Assembly: GCA_030141605.1 (NCBI GenBank)
Contig: JAQGDQ010000052.1
Span: forward strand, 310,001 to 374,000
Origin: Tubiluchus corallicola
Taxonomy: Eukaryota > Animalia > Priapulida
Length of the DNA stretch: 64,000 nt
Direction of reading: 5' to 3'
The translations under genes were made by a program, and so were the position numbers. Shown here piece by piece: positions 45,701 through 58,418 of the stretch. A model generated the notes under the pieces. It saw nothing but the letters and a program-made list of their open reading frames with translations. It was not told where the DNA came from and searched no databases. Positions within the stretch are counted from its first letter, which is position 1. The number at the start of each line of letters is the position of its first letter.

Positions 45701-48700
45701 TTTGTCACTAGTGTCCAATAAATAGTTAAGTACGTTCAAAATAAACACCTTTCTGTCATTAATATCTCCAAAAATTATTTCAGTGTTTAACTTTTATTTC
45801 CTACAGTCACACATTAAACTGCTGGTTGCAGCATTTGTAAAACCATCATATCGGTTTAGTCTGAGGTCGGATTGCATCGACCAATAGATAAAAATATTCA
45901 GATCCGATTGGAATACAAGTTTCCACATCGGCGGCACATCCCTGCTTACCAAAATCTTCAGCAGTCGTTTATTGGGGTTTGAGAAATTTGCAGCACATTA
46001 CAAGTTTGCAAACAACAGACACGACAACTTAACAGCAAGACTCGGCATGCCCCCAAAACATACTTTCTACACAAAGCTGAGCCTCGCTGGAACAAGTCGT
46101 CGGCTTTTGTTACTACCGCATTACGGTAGTTAACTTCATAAAATTAAACAAATCATTAAACTGAACATGCCGGCCACTAGGTAAAGTGAAATCATTGTAT
46201 CATATGTCATACTGTCGTACTATGAAATCATACTTTACACTTTAGCCATGTGTATTGTTTTCGTTTCGGACAAAACTACATGTAATTAGGAAGCTTGAAA
46301 AGTTAAATTAGCTATTTTGAATGTTTTAAATATTTGCTATAAGCCAATATCTGGCCTGTATATATCTAGAGTGTTATTTTTAAACTTGGGATATTAAAGT
46401 TAACAACTACTATTACTTTTATATTTCCAGGTCTTGGATGCTCATTTTTAGCTATTCCGGCTCTGGTCGTGCTGAGCAAGTATTTTCGCAAACGTCTACC
46501 TATTGCTTCAGGTTTTGCAATGTCAGGCACAAGTGTGGGCTCATTCTTGTTTCCATTGCTGTTTGAGGCATTATTTAAACTAGGGTATAATTTGCAAATG
46601 GTTTTATTAATATGTGGAGGAATAACACTCAATCTGGTTGCATGCGCGTCTTTGTATAGGCCAGCGGCACCTAAAAGCAAAGAAAAAACTAAAAGTGACG
46701 TTTCCAGAAGAAATACAGCAAATGATTCTGTTTGTCAGACTAAAACCGATAAAACAATTAATAATGATAATTTATTTGTGGAGCTTAATGCTGGACAATT
46801 ACCAGAGATTTTCCCTGAACTGAATATGTCTATTAATATGGCGTCGAACATGCGCAAAACGAAAACGAAGAAATTTCATTGGAGCATTTTTCGAATTCCT
46901 AGATACATAATGTGCGTTATTATTTTCATGTTGTTTTATTTGACGTACGCTGGCATGTTCATATTGCTACCTTTAAAGGCAGGCCAGGTGACATTTAATG
47001 CACTAGCAGAAAAAGACACCCACATTCTCGGTGCTTTGCTAATTTCTGTTCTCAGTTTGACAGAAGTAATTTTCAGTCCAGTATGGGGCATTTTGTGGAC
47101 TTGTGGTCCCCTTCAGAAACCAAATGCTAGGCTTATCGGATTTGGTATTATTGGTCTGCTAGACTCAGTTCTCATGTTTTCCATGAAATCAGTGGATACG
47201 GCACTAAGTATTATGGTATTGACCGCCATCAGTGGTTTACTTCTCTGTGGCGCAATGTCACCACTTCTGGTCGTGCTTTTTGATACTGTCGGCCCAAAAA
47301 GGGTTGCCTCTGCTATGGGAGCTGCGATGTTAGCACAGTCGCTGGTGCTGTTTGGTGGACCAGTAACAATAGGTAAATTTATGCTAGTAATTAGTCGTAA
47401 TCATTTTGAAATCTAGATTGTCTTTCATTAGCATAAAATTTATTCATGCATTCTTTGTATTATGTAACTAAGATGTGATCTTGTATTAGCTATCTGCTAA
47501 ATGATATATGAGTAGAATGATTTAGATCCTTTGGCATAGAGGCTCGTCATGCCGCCAAAGAGTTTCCCATTAAAACAATAAATAAGCGAATACTTAAAGG
47601 ACCATACAACACCACCAAACATTGAGGTTTTTAACATATTATTAAGATTACACAAAGAATGTATAGTTGCATTCTATAAAAGAAGAGTTTTGATCCCACT
47701 ATGAACTACCGTAAATTAAGCTCGGCTTGCATTTACAATAATGAATGTAGGCAAAAATGGTGCAAGGAAAAATGCATTTGTGTTATTTTGATTGCTTATA
47801 ATTCTATAATAAAACTAGAATAAAACTAGTAAAATAAGGATAGATAAATAAGCAAACGTACAAATTCGACCTGTGGTGGTATTATATAAACTAATCAATA
47901 ATGCACGAACATTCCACATACCGTTTCCCCACGTTTCTTTAACCATTTGGCGATGGTAATAGACTGGCAAATACGCGTGTTTAAATGTTAAGTCTGTTTG
48001 TAAGGATACATGTGTAAGCAAAGGTCATAGACAGCGTGATACAGTTTTTCAAGCGAGTCGCAGTTGCTTGTCCTGGCGGAGTTAATAAAAAAGAAGTACT
48101 CCATCTTGCAGCGAAGTTCTCCTCTTTTCAAAGAGTTCTAACACTCCCGCTGAGACCCCACGAAGTGCTTCACGAATGTTTTTTGTACGTGGTGTTTCGT
48201 CAAGTTTTGTGGAAAAAGAGGAGGAGAAACATCCATTTTGTCATTTTTCACTCCCCTGTCCAGGAATCGGCGTGAAAATGCATCTTTCTTGCCCCTAGTC
48301 ACCTTCACAAAGTTTCGTTGAAATCTGTTACACAACGTTTTCGCGAAATAGGTTTACTGCTATAACAGACAAGAAACAACCAAACAAACTAAGTGTTGAA
48401 GCATAGTTTCCTTGGTAAAAATAACTGAAATAATTATCCCCAGTAGCGCTAATCCTAATGTCACATTTTATAAGTGTGCCATTTTTACCGTTTACCTGAA
48501 AGCTAATTTCGCTAGTTAGATGGGCACCAGCTCCTGCTTCTTGCAAACGCCTTGTACAAATAACGAACGCTGTACCTCTCAGTTCACATGTATTTAAATG
48601 TGATGTGATGCACACGTTCGAAAATTTGATTTTGTGTATCACATTGTACGTTGTACAGAACTGTACTTCAATTTTCGCAAACACGTGCAACCTGCTCATG

Positions 48701-50149
48701 CATTGTTTGTGCAGGTAAAAGATATGTTCATTTGTGATGTTATCACTAACTGTCTCACCAGCCATTAATTAAATTTTTAGCTTATTATTTAATTTTTAAA
48801 GGCACTTTGGCATTATTATGATGTTAAAATGTATACCTTTTACCGTACTTCAAAGTTAGGTAGAATATGAAATATTATCCTGTTTTCCTTTAAAATTTTA
48901 CACAGAGAGATGATTATTATGAAAACCACGCATGCGTTAGCACAAAAAGGATGCGTCCTTTTTATCCACTCAAATAGCGAGAAAACCACGCGTGCGTTAG
49001 CAAAAAAGGATACGTCTTTTTGTCCAATCAAATTAACAAGGAAAGAAACACGTCCTTTTTGTCTCCAATCAAATTGCATGCGTTGGCAAGAAAACTATGC
49101 GTCCATTTTGTCAAATCAAACCGCGAGAAAACCACTTATCATTGTTATTGCTTGCTTTTTGAAAGAAAAAGTCGAGAAAATGAAGACGGAGGCTTTCTTG
49201 GCCCATCCAAATTGCAGAAAAAGAAACGTGTTTTCACAAATAATGCGTTTATTTTCCCGAAAAGAACATTTTCATGAGCTCTTGTGTGTAAGCACTCGTG
49301 CTTTTTATCCAGTCAAGTTGCGAGAAAAATATAAATGGTTCTGATAGTATTTTATGATTAAAGGTACGCCCATTTCATTTTTGCTGTGTCATTGTGGAAC
49401 CACGCGTGCTTCTTTTTCATTTTAGTTCAAATTATATTATTTCTAAAGGATAGGAAACCATTTTTATAAACAAAGCTTAAAAATCGCCTTGAAATTTTGT
49501 ATCACTTATATGCTGTCCTATTAGCAGCACCACTGTATAAAACGTGTGAACTGTTGCATACAGAGCACTCTAGCATAATATAAAAATATAATATAATATA
49601 ATATAATATAATATAATATAATATAATATAATATAATATAATATAATATAATATAATATAATATAATATAATATAATATAATATAATATAATATAATATA
49701 ATATAATATAATATAATATATTATAATATAATATAATATAATATAATATAATATAATATAATATAATATAATATAATATAATATAATATAATATAATATA
49801 ATATAATATAATATAATATAATATAATATAATATAATATAATATAATATAATATAATATAATATAATATTAGTGATGTATTGGTTAGCATAGCTGCCCGA
49901 GGGGCGAGTTCGAACTTTAGTGGAAGTGAACATTTTTGGTTTCTTAATTTGGCCTTCAGACTTTTTAATTTAGTATTGCTTACGTGCGTTTATTGGTTAA
50001 CATTTTTATGAATTGCAGGTGTACTAATTGATATTAATGATGGCGACACAACTCAAGCGTTTGCTCTGACAGGTGCAAGCATGATGGCATCAGGTTTTAT
50101 GTGTTTGCTAACTGCAATCACAACAAAGTCGCCACCGCATCACTCATGA
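38578..50149 (+). CDS. SLC16 (monocarboxylate transporter family) MFS transporter, 4 coding exons, 477 aa
   Basis: join(38578-38794,40647-40790,46431-47372,50019-50149) = 1434 nt; three phase-1 GT-AG introns. Family signatures DGGWGWVIVGASF (TM1) and YFRKRLPIASGFAMSGTSVG (loop 4-5/TM5); about 12 hydrophobic segments with a central loop. Confidence 0.9.
39224..40345 (+). mobile_element. hAT (Tip100/ZMYM1-like) deleted DNA transposon
   Basis: TIRs CAATGGCGTCGTGC / GCACGACGCCCCTG; perfect 8-bp TSD CCTATAAT (39216-23, 40346-53); dimerisation-domain remnant LYPMISITYQLILTL..CEKSFSALKFVKNALRSTVSQSRLSDLMI. Confidence 0.92.
40647..40790 (+). CDS. SLC16 exon 2
   Basis: TAG|APLTSMLCNVFGVWKITMIGG...FFVTYGLMF|GTAAGT. 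Confidence 0.9.
41168..42123. mobile_element. HINE-like element with TGTGCCATTTTT repeats, hosting a nested insert
   Basis: GGTAAAAATGGCACAGG (41180) is inverted relative to CCTGTGCCATTTTTAC (42098); about 9 TGTGCCATTT copies at 41987-42113; GTTAGGGTTA tract. Confidence 0.6.
41276..41950 (+). mobile_element. Nested Helentron-type non-autonomous element
   Basis: 5' TACTTCTATCAAGGAAGTTGTG and 3' CTTTGGCAGAG...CTGAGCGCATTCTAG followed by TTTT, matching the common ACCTCCGCCAAGGAGGTTATG...TTGGCGGAGG...CTAG architecture. Confidence 0.55.
42691..42809. repeat. (TA)n-(TG)n-(CG/TG) microsatellite
   Basis: Direct inspection; alternating purine-pyrimidine tract. Confidence 0.95.
44192..45944. mobile_element. 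Non-autonomous hAT-like element
   Basis: TIRs CAGAGATGTGCCG / CGGCACATCCCTG; clustered ATCGG/CCGAT subterminal motifs at both ends; TSD not clean. Confidence 0.6.
46431..47372 (+). CDS. SLC16 exon 3
   Basis: CAG|GLGCSFLAIPALVVLSKYFRKRL...LFGGPVTI|GTAAAT. Confidence 0.92.
48921..49140. repeat. Degenerate ~60-bp tandem repeat
   Basis: GAAAACCACGCRTGCGTTAGCA.AAAAAGGAT.CGTC.TTTT..CCA.TCAAAT at 48921 and 48981, with decayed copies after. Confidence 0.75.
49579..49868. repeat. (ATATA)n pentanucleotide microsatellite
   Basis: Direct inspection. Confidence 0.97.
49868..49917 (+). pseudogene. tRNA-Gly(TCC)-derived fragment or SINE head
   Basis: TGGTTAGCATAGCTGCC matches the D-arm and anticodon-stem region of metazoan tRNA-Gly(TCC), followed by B-box-like GAGTTCGAAC; the anticodon loop is deleted. 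Confidence 0.45.
50019..50149 (+). CDS. SLC16 exon 4 (TM12)
   Basis: CAG|GVLIDINDGDTTQAFALTGASMMASGFMCLL...HHS-stop. Confidence 0.82.
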
Positions 50150-53100
50150 TGATGTCCAGTACGAAATCAACCCGTCAAAGTCTCCAAACTTGAGATTTTA
50201 AAACCTTGAACACCAACAAAAAGTAAATTATGTATGTTCAATTTTGTGGCTAGGTTTATTGGAGTCACGAACTGTCGAGCTATAGAAGTTAACTTCAGTG
50301 GACCAATTATTTATTTATTGTAAAACGCATTTATTGTGTTTGCATGAGATTCGAGCCTTGTGCGTACACTAATTTTATAAAGCTGGAATATATGTTGATG
50401 AGTTGCTGAGCACTCTGGTGCCGTCTTCTGATAAAAAAATTAAACGATCTGTTACTCTGTTGTTCTATATATTTGGCATTTTAGTCCAGACTAGGGGCTA
50501 CATGACCTTGTTTTATCATATACAATGTTTTTTTGCACTTTCCATGCAATTTTGACCTATATTCATTTTGAATATGAGTACCAGCTTGGAATTTTTTTTT
50601 AAATTGAAAAAATCAAGATAGCCACCAAAAAGCATTTAAATTATTGTTTCGTTTTTTCTGTTCATCAACTTAATATTATGAACAAATTAAGCTTGCTTTG
50701 CCAAAAGTTGAAGCTTATTGCGTATGTTTAACTCTGTTGTAACATCTGAACGTTAAAATAGTTAACATATAATATCCTAGATGGCCGACAAATTATTATT
50801 CTTTTGCACTTATGTACAATAGCTAAAAATGAAATTTAAGTGGGTGCCAAAGTGCTTAAGATATGTCATACGTTTTTTTGGTTTGGTGGTTCAGTTTAGT
50901 CGTCCTCATTTTATCCTCGAGGCAACTGATTCGATCCGAATGCAGCTGGTACATTAGCTCTGATTGTAAGCTTACAAAACGTTCGGTTGTTAAAGTTACT
51001 ATGGTTGCCTAGTAATGAGCAAAAAGCTTCCAAAATTGTACTTTTCTGTCTTCAAAATCTATCTCCTTTAACCATGGTGGTGAAGATTAAACTCAGTGAT
51101 GTGGCTCTTCCGATTATTATCTAAAAGCTGTCTGGGCCAGAATTTCGAAATTTTTACTGCGTATCTCTCTGTCTGTTCGTCTGCTTTCTTCTGTTTCCTC
51201 GCGTTTCTTCGAGATCCCTGATCTGATTTAAACCAAGCTTACGCACTGGATGGTATTAAGCTGTATTGTTCAGTGAAGAATTAGTTTGTCATGGTGACCA
51301 CGACTGCCTTGCAATATGCCGAAAAACTTTAACTTCTCTGATATTTTTGACTTCCAAATTTAACTCCTCCAAAACTGCTGAGGTAGTGAAGAAAAAACTC
51401 AGTATCATCTTCATCTGCATCATATTCACTGAATTCATGTCTTCTTGCTCTCACTGGATACTGTGGAATTTGGGATAATTATCTAAAATTTGCGGGCAAA
51501 GTTTATGATTTTGCAATGTCACATAGTGCCTTCGTTACGTCATTACGCCATTGTGACATAATCATTACTTCTGTGCTGAGTCAAACCATGCGAGCTGTCA
51601 AACCACTATCATCCAACTGGCTTTTTAAGTTGTTTTGTAACTATGTTAACGCAGTATTTTTTGACACACTGAGCTGGTGTACTGAACTAAGACAGTGATT
51701 TTTATATTTATTTCGTTTGCGGATATTATTTTCTATGAAAAAGATCGGTTATGATGGCGCACCTATTTTGTAATTCTCGAGTTTGCCGCTAGCTTGCTCC
51801 AGTGTGTAGCTAAGCTTAGAGTAGCTATGGATCTAATGCGTAAAAGTAGATTATATAGTTACTCTAGCTCAGCTCTAGTCTAGTTATCTGTCGGTGAAAC
51901 CCCACACCGAACATAAGCCTAATTCTTTTTCGCGACTTAAGGAACAATAGTAAGATCAAGAATTCGGCGATGTGCGTAATTTTGATGAATTTTAAAACCA
52001 ATGAGTAGTGTTCATAATGATTTTAAATTGGCTAAACGCATATAATTGTTAGTAATTTAGGTAACAGTCAAGTTTTGCTATATGAACATAAGTAATGCAA
52101 CTTGCGCCTTATTCAACATGCAACTAGGAAAGTAACAATCAAGCAACATAGAAGCACAGTTGCTTAGAACCCATAGCAAAAGACTGTTACCACAGCGGCT
52201 ACTATTTTCTTACAATCGTGTTCGTTAGGTGTATACATATACGGAAGTTTTACTTCGGATTCAAATATGCATATGTATTTGAGCCATTTTATAGTGTTCG
52301 TACGTTAACGCTATCTAAGTCTATTTCCGCAGTTTGGAAGGTATTCTGTTTGGGCTAGGTGTTCAATTATTTAAATTTTACAATGTTGGAAGTTATATAT
52401 ATTATAAATCGTACTGATCTCTGCGTTCTACTTTTTACTTATTGCTTTATTTTAGATTAGTTTGTTGTCAAATTAATTTTTGAAATATCCCAATAAATGC
52501 TTTCTATGTATACATATTGTAATAGTGTTGTTGTTGTTTTCCGCAGACGAGCAAAAAATCTGTGTCGGACGTTGCTACAGACAGATTTTGCATCGTGTAT
52601 GTTTAGTATTAGAACTAATTTGGTATGCATATGTGTGTGTTTTGGCTATGAATCATCATTGAAGCAGCCCAACTCAAGTATAATAGTAATTGCAAATTTA
52701 TTTAAATCCATATTGAACTAACCAACTTCTAGGAAACTAGCAATTCTAGGAAAAAAATTTCTGTGAAATAATTTCTTTTGGCAAAAAAAAATTTCTGTGA
52801 ATGTTTTTGTCGAGCAAAAAAATTTTCAGACAAAAAACTTTTCTGGGAAATGAGTCTATTGTTTTTCTTTTTCGTAAGTCTACTTGTTGTGGGCGCTAAG
52901 GTTATAAGCCCCGAATAAAATATGCATGTCTATGCAGTATTTCACTTACTAATTCGTGTAATAAAGTTTCGTAGAGATTTCATAATGTTATTTTAATATT
53001 ATCTTAATAATAGCATTATTTCTTTTAAGTTTTACTCTGCCTTACAAATTTGCACAATGTTTGCAGTTATTTGCAGTTTGATGTCTGGTAATTATTAGAG

Positions 53101-55189
53101 AGGAAAAACAGAACAATTTTTGATGCTGCTGTCGTGCATCAGATTTTAAGAACAAACACATAATAAGATGTTCGAGTTAATGTTTATTACAGTTTATTGG
53201 ATATACATGTACTACATGTATAAAGGTGCCACGTATGACATCACTTGGGAATGTTCGATTTACTAGCACATAGAATCATGTAGTACTAATGGACGATACA
53301 GAAAGATGTACAAGTACATTATATATGTATATGACAAACAAATAGCGTAAACATAATAAATTTAAATTAATTATTAAAGTAACCCTATCGTGCGAAGTGA
53401 TGCAAATTTGCGACACAAATATGAAATGCTTAGGGATTTTATAAAACGCCCAACTTTTACACATTGCCTGTAACATATACATGTGCAATTGTACATCTTA
53501 GGCTACTCATTGTCATTTACTGACAGCAAGGGAAATAAATTGTTATTCGTGATTCCTGTATGTCTAATTCCTATAATTTTACTTGCTAATATAAAAGAGT
53601 AACACTCTCGTACATAACGAAATTGACAAAATAGTTATTAATGCACAAACTTTAATGATGAATTAAAAATTTGTTTATAAAAATGTAATTGTAACACAGA
53701 ACGTGGGTAGATATTTACGACTCCTACGATATTTATGATATCTACGAACGCAAGTCCTTTATTTAAGATACAGATTTATTACAAAGTAGTGTCTGTCACA
53801 AGGATACTTGCTTCTGAACATACATTCTCATTTAAACCTTAACAGCTGGTAATTATCCAAAGGAACTTTGTAATCTCTGCTTCCATGAACTTCTGAAATC
53901 GAGAACAGCGCAATAGGAAATGTTTTCGTTTACTAAAGGTCTAATTTTGCGTGTGTTCTGAAAACGGGCAACCGAATCTAATTCGTCTTGTGAAAATCCA
54001 TCAGAATAAATAATGCTCATAAGTCTTTTAAGACACCTTGTCAGTTTTCAAGTAGGTCTATTAAATAAAAAAATATATTTTTTATAATTTTATAGCATAC
54101 TGTAATTAAAAACTACCTGGACTCAAATTCCTAAAAACAAAAACTTCAATTTTTAAATGCCAAGATATTAGAACATATTCAGTTGAATTCATCTGAATCG
54201 ACTGTAGAAAGCAGAACTGTATTAAGTTTTTCCAAATTTATCCAAAACTGCCTGACCTGTAGTGTAAGGCGACTCCAGAACTGTTCGATTCTTTGATTTG
54301 ATTCGCTTGTTCCAATCAGAAAGCAGCATTTATTGGTCAAAAATTACTGACATAACTTGTTTTCCACTTCACTGTTTTCTCTTGCTCATTTTGGCGCTCC
54401 ACTATTTGCTTCAAAAGCTTCAATAGGCGTGTCGCACTGACGCACGTGCGTCCACAGAATTTCTTAAGAATTTTTTTAATGGCTAAGTAAAGTTTTTTAG
54501 CAGTTAAACCAAGAATCACACCAACCCCTTGTTTGTTTGCGCATTCCCCGAGCAGTCAGCTGATTTGCATAGTGAAGTTATGTTTATGTATATCACTTAC
54601 ATAGTGTAGATTCTCTTATTGATTTCCGTTGTCTAGACAGTTTTTAGCTAACTGTAACTGCACTTCTGCATTCAGGGGGTGGGCCCAATGTGCCTGACCC
54701 CCCTTTCACGGTAGTAATGAAATTATGAGTTACGAGTTTGAGGTGACGCAATGAGCTTTAAACTAGTGAACTTCCTCAGGAAATAACTTCTAGCAACCGC
54801 AAAATGGTCTAAAATGTAGTAAAATTGCATTTAGCTGCGTCCAGCGGGAAAAATTAACACCCACGCAAACATATTAAATTTTGTATGAACAATGGGTAGG
54901 CTGTAAACTTAACAGTCTCAAGTCAGTTTTATGTTTGACTATTCACATTTTGCTGGATAGATAATCTTAATCTTAACTAAATAAATTAAGCTTAAGTAAT
55001 AGGTCATCCGCATTGCAGTGTATTACGAACTTGCTTTTAAGATATATGACTACTACAATAGAGTACAATGGAAAATGTAAATGTAAATTACAAGGTAAAT
55101 GTAGGTAAAATATATTTAATAAAGTAGAATTTTTCACGTTTGAGAAAGTCTGTGTACCAGAATTTAGATCTCATTTGAGGCCTACAAAT

Positions 55190-55309
55190 CGTGCTTAAAA
55201 ACAGGAAAATGCGTTGGTGGCCGGACCCCGGACCACGCTGAAGGAGCTTACAGTGCTCCCCCAGACAGCAGCTTGTGCGTCTATTTTTTAACCTCTGGCG
55301 GCGCCCATG
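55190..55309. mobile_element. End of a GC-rich hAT-type MITE remnant
   Basis: CCGGACCCCGGACCACGCTGAAGGAGCTTACAGTGCTCCCCCAGAC motif and terminal CTGGCGGCGCCCATG; the other end was not found. Confidence 0.4.
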
Positions 55310-55975
55310 ATATGCATATGATATACAGCTACTATATTAGGGTTACTGCTTGTTGTGTGTGCTTTGACAATCCTTCGACTTCACGACAGCCGCCAGTACA
55401 ACTTCCGTAAGGTTTGAGAGTTTGTCATGAGAATCTATTTGCCAAAAAAAGAATTTGAGCTCTGCTCGCACGTATCTGCAAACTTATTTTAATGCACTGC
55501 ATCTTTTGTATAGCACCGACTGTAAGTCATATATTTGTAAATACAAACTTGTTAAAAACATTTTCCTGCGTTCGCTACAGGAAAAGAAAATTGCTGCCAC
55601 AATTTTTGCATTCCTTGAATAAGTTAATATCTTAACAGAGACTGCAAAACAGCACTGAATTAACACTGAAACTACGACCTAAATTTTAGTAGTATAATAG
55701 CCAGTCAAGTGCAACTATCGCATACGTGCACAGTTTTTGGTATCGCATGTTTACAATAATATACGTACAGTTTTTTTGTAAACATGCAGAACGTATAAAC
55801 TACACTCAGCAGTTAGAGATTAGTACACCTATTAATAATTAAATTACAAATACTGCAAACACATTAAATCCACAGAAATCTAGATGCAAATAGTATACCG
55901 ACTGACATCTCAACTGGTGTAAAAGTCACGTGCACAGATACAGATTTAATCAAATATATCATTACAATAACATAG

Positions 55976-56290
55976 CTATGTCCTTATAACGAGGTGGTAA
56001 GTCGTTATAACGACGTGGTATGTCGTTATAATGAGTTAGTATTCGTTATCACGAGTTAATAAGTGATTGTAACGAAGTAGTATGTTGTAATAACGAGATG
56101 ATAAGCCACATAACAAGGCTGTATGTCTTTGTAATGAGATAGCTATGTAGTTATAACTAAAGTAATATCTTGCTACCAAGAGGTAGTAAGATATAATGAG
56201 ATAGTATCTGGTTATAACCAGATCTATCTCGTTATAACGAGCTAGTGGTGCCATTATAACAAGGCAGTATTTCGCTATAACGAGAAAGTA
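55976..56290. repeat. ~21-bp minisatellite with palindromic core CTCGTTATAACGAG
   Basis: About 14-15 degenerate units in tandem. Confidence 0.8.
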
Positions 56291-58418
56291 AATCTTCAAA
56301 AAATCATGTTAAAGTATCTTTTAAACAAATGAGTAAGGTGTGTAACACTTACCAGTGGCGTTTTTATTTTTAATGAATTTATACAACACACTTCACTTTG
56401 CCTTTTCTGGGTTTTTTTTATTTCGTTTTGGCCTTCGCCTTTGTTATTTGACAAGTTTTTTCAACTTGTGATTAATACAACCAACAGCATAATTAGAGGA
56501 TCTCGAAGATTTCAGCATATGAAGAGCACCCGTATTGCTGTTTGCCAGGAGGCAATTTTTAGCACATTTAACGATAAGAACTCCATGCAGTGTCAAGCAG
56601 AACGGTATATTATTTGCAGTTATACTTTTGTGATTAAAGGAACAATTCTTATATTAGTATAATTCGAAGCATTTATATTTGTACTTATGCGGTATGGCAG
56701 TATTCTATGTAATTATTTTGTTGTTGTTATTTCAGCCTGATCATTGCTGCAATATCATAAATAAACCACTTTGATTGATTCAGCAAAAACTTCCATAGTT
56801 ATTTAATAATAGTTTGGATTTTGAATAGGAACTTCCTAGATAAATAAGTTCTATTACATTGTACGATTGTTTTTTTTCCATTAAATGAACTTCCAGCCAA
56901 AATCATTTTTGTAAGTATTGTATGAAATATACACAATTGTTCGTGAATCATTGATATGGATTAATATTTAGAAACACTATAAATAGATGTAAAATTGAGA
57001 CATACAACTCGTTTTTTCAACACTGTATTTTAAATAATCATACTATTCATCAATAGGAAAGTAAAACGTATGCGCACGACAGCGGAAGATTGAGACGCAT
57101 GCGCCCTCACGACACTGCATTTCAACATTAACAGTAATCAACGTTACGATAATTAAATACAGTATCTAATATAGGATAGAATAAATCTAATACAATGATG
57201 TGGTACACATCTTCTGACGGCATTAGTCAAAATCGTTTCAATTACAGATAAAATGAAGTTTATACATCCTTGTCAATACTCCTTATGCCTTTATTTAAAT
57301 AATTAAGGAAATCAATATGCCTGCTTGAATGCACCTACAGCGACATACCTAATTTTTGGCCTACATATGGCCTTCAATTACAAGTTGTTACAAATTTTTA
57401 ATTCACGTGCTATTTTTTCGATTTAGCAAGTACATGTAAAACAGCTAGTCTACTGTTAATGGCTACAATAAAATTAATTTAATCAGGGAGGCGATTAGAA
57501 ATTACTAAATACTTAGGTAATCAGGCACTATTTGCTGTGCACAGGAAACCTGCTTCATATAATTCTTCAAAGAGACAAAACTATTATAGCATTTTTCGGC
57601 TCCACTTAAGGGTTAAACACGTAATATAGGATCTAAGTGTACTGTAACTACACATTACAAGCATGCACAAACTGCGGGAGAGGAAACGGAGCTTTGTGGT
57701 ACTATTTACTTTACCATATGGTACCGCTTGTCCTTTTCCTCTAACACAGCACTTTTATACGATATATACTCCCACAGTAAGTCAAGTATATAATTATTTT
57801 AGCATAATAATCATAAATGAGCTACTAAGACAAAAACTACACAGCAATTTCAATGTCCTCCTATAATTGAACTAAGGAGTTAAAGTTGCAAGAATTTGTA
57901 CGACACTAAAAGCAGAAAATCTTTAAACAAAGCTTCCCAAATTTGGATGAAAAAAGAGTAAAGGATTAACACATGTACAGAGTAATTCCATAAACAGATT
58001 ATTTTCTTATAGTGAACTGGTAACACTATAATTTTCTAGTAGCACTATTTACATGGCTATTTATGATGATTAAGGGCCATCTGAAAACATTTTAATGTAC
58101 AGATATATGTAAAAGACATTAATGAAGACAACAATGAAAACATCAATTAATCAATCAGATATCAGCACTCCTTATTACATTACGCGGCCAGATTTCACTT
58201 AATATTAGCAATAGACATGAGGCATGTTAAATCAATCAAAATTCAACATTGTTTCTTATCAAACTAAGATTTAATATAGCTCGTTTCTATGTAGCCAATG
58301 TTTGCCGCATATAAGTCAACAAAAATCAAAGATTTCTGGTACTGGTTTCTTTAACTGCACTGAGCACAGACGAAAAATGAGCAGCTCAGATTTCAAGGAA
58401 TCACTTGAAAACGGTTAC

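Noticed and set aside
46366-46680. Antisense ORFs overlapping SLC16, rGC, GPCR and transposase exons
   Set aside because: Shadow frames of real coding sequence on the opposite strand.
49570-49933. ILYY-repeat ORFs
   Set aside because: Translation of (ATATA)n.
55976-56290. CRISPR-like repeat/spacer appearance
   Set aside because: Linkers are only 7-8 nt, repeats are degenerate, there are no cas genes, and the context is eukaryotic.
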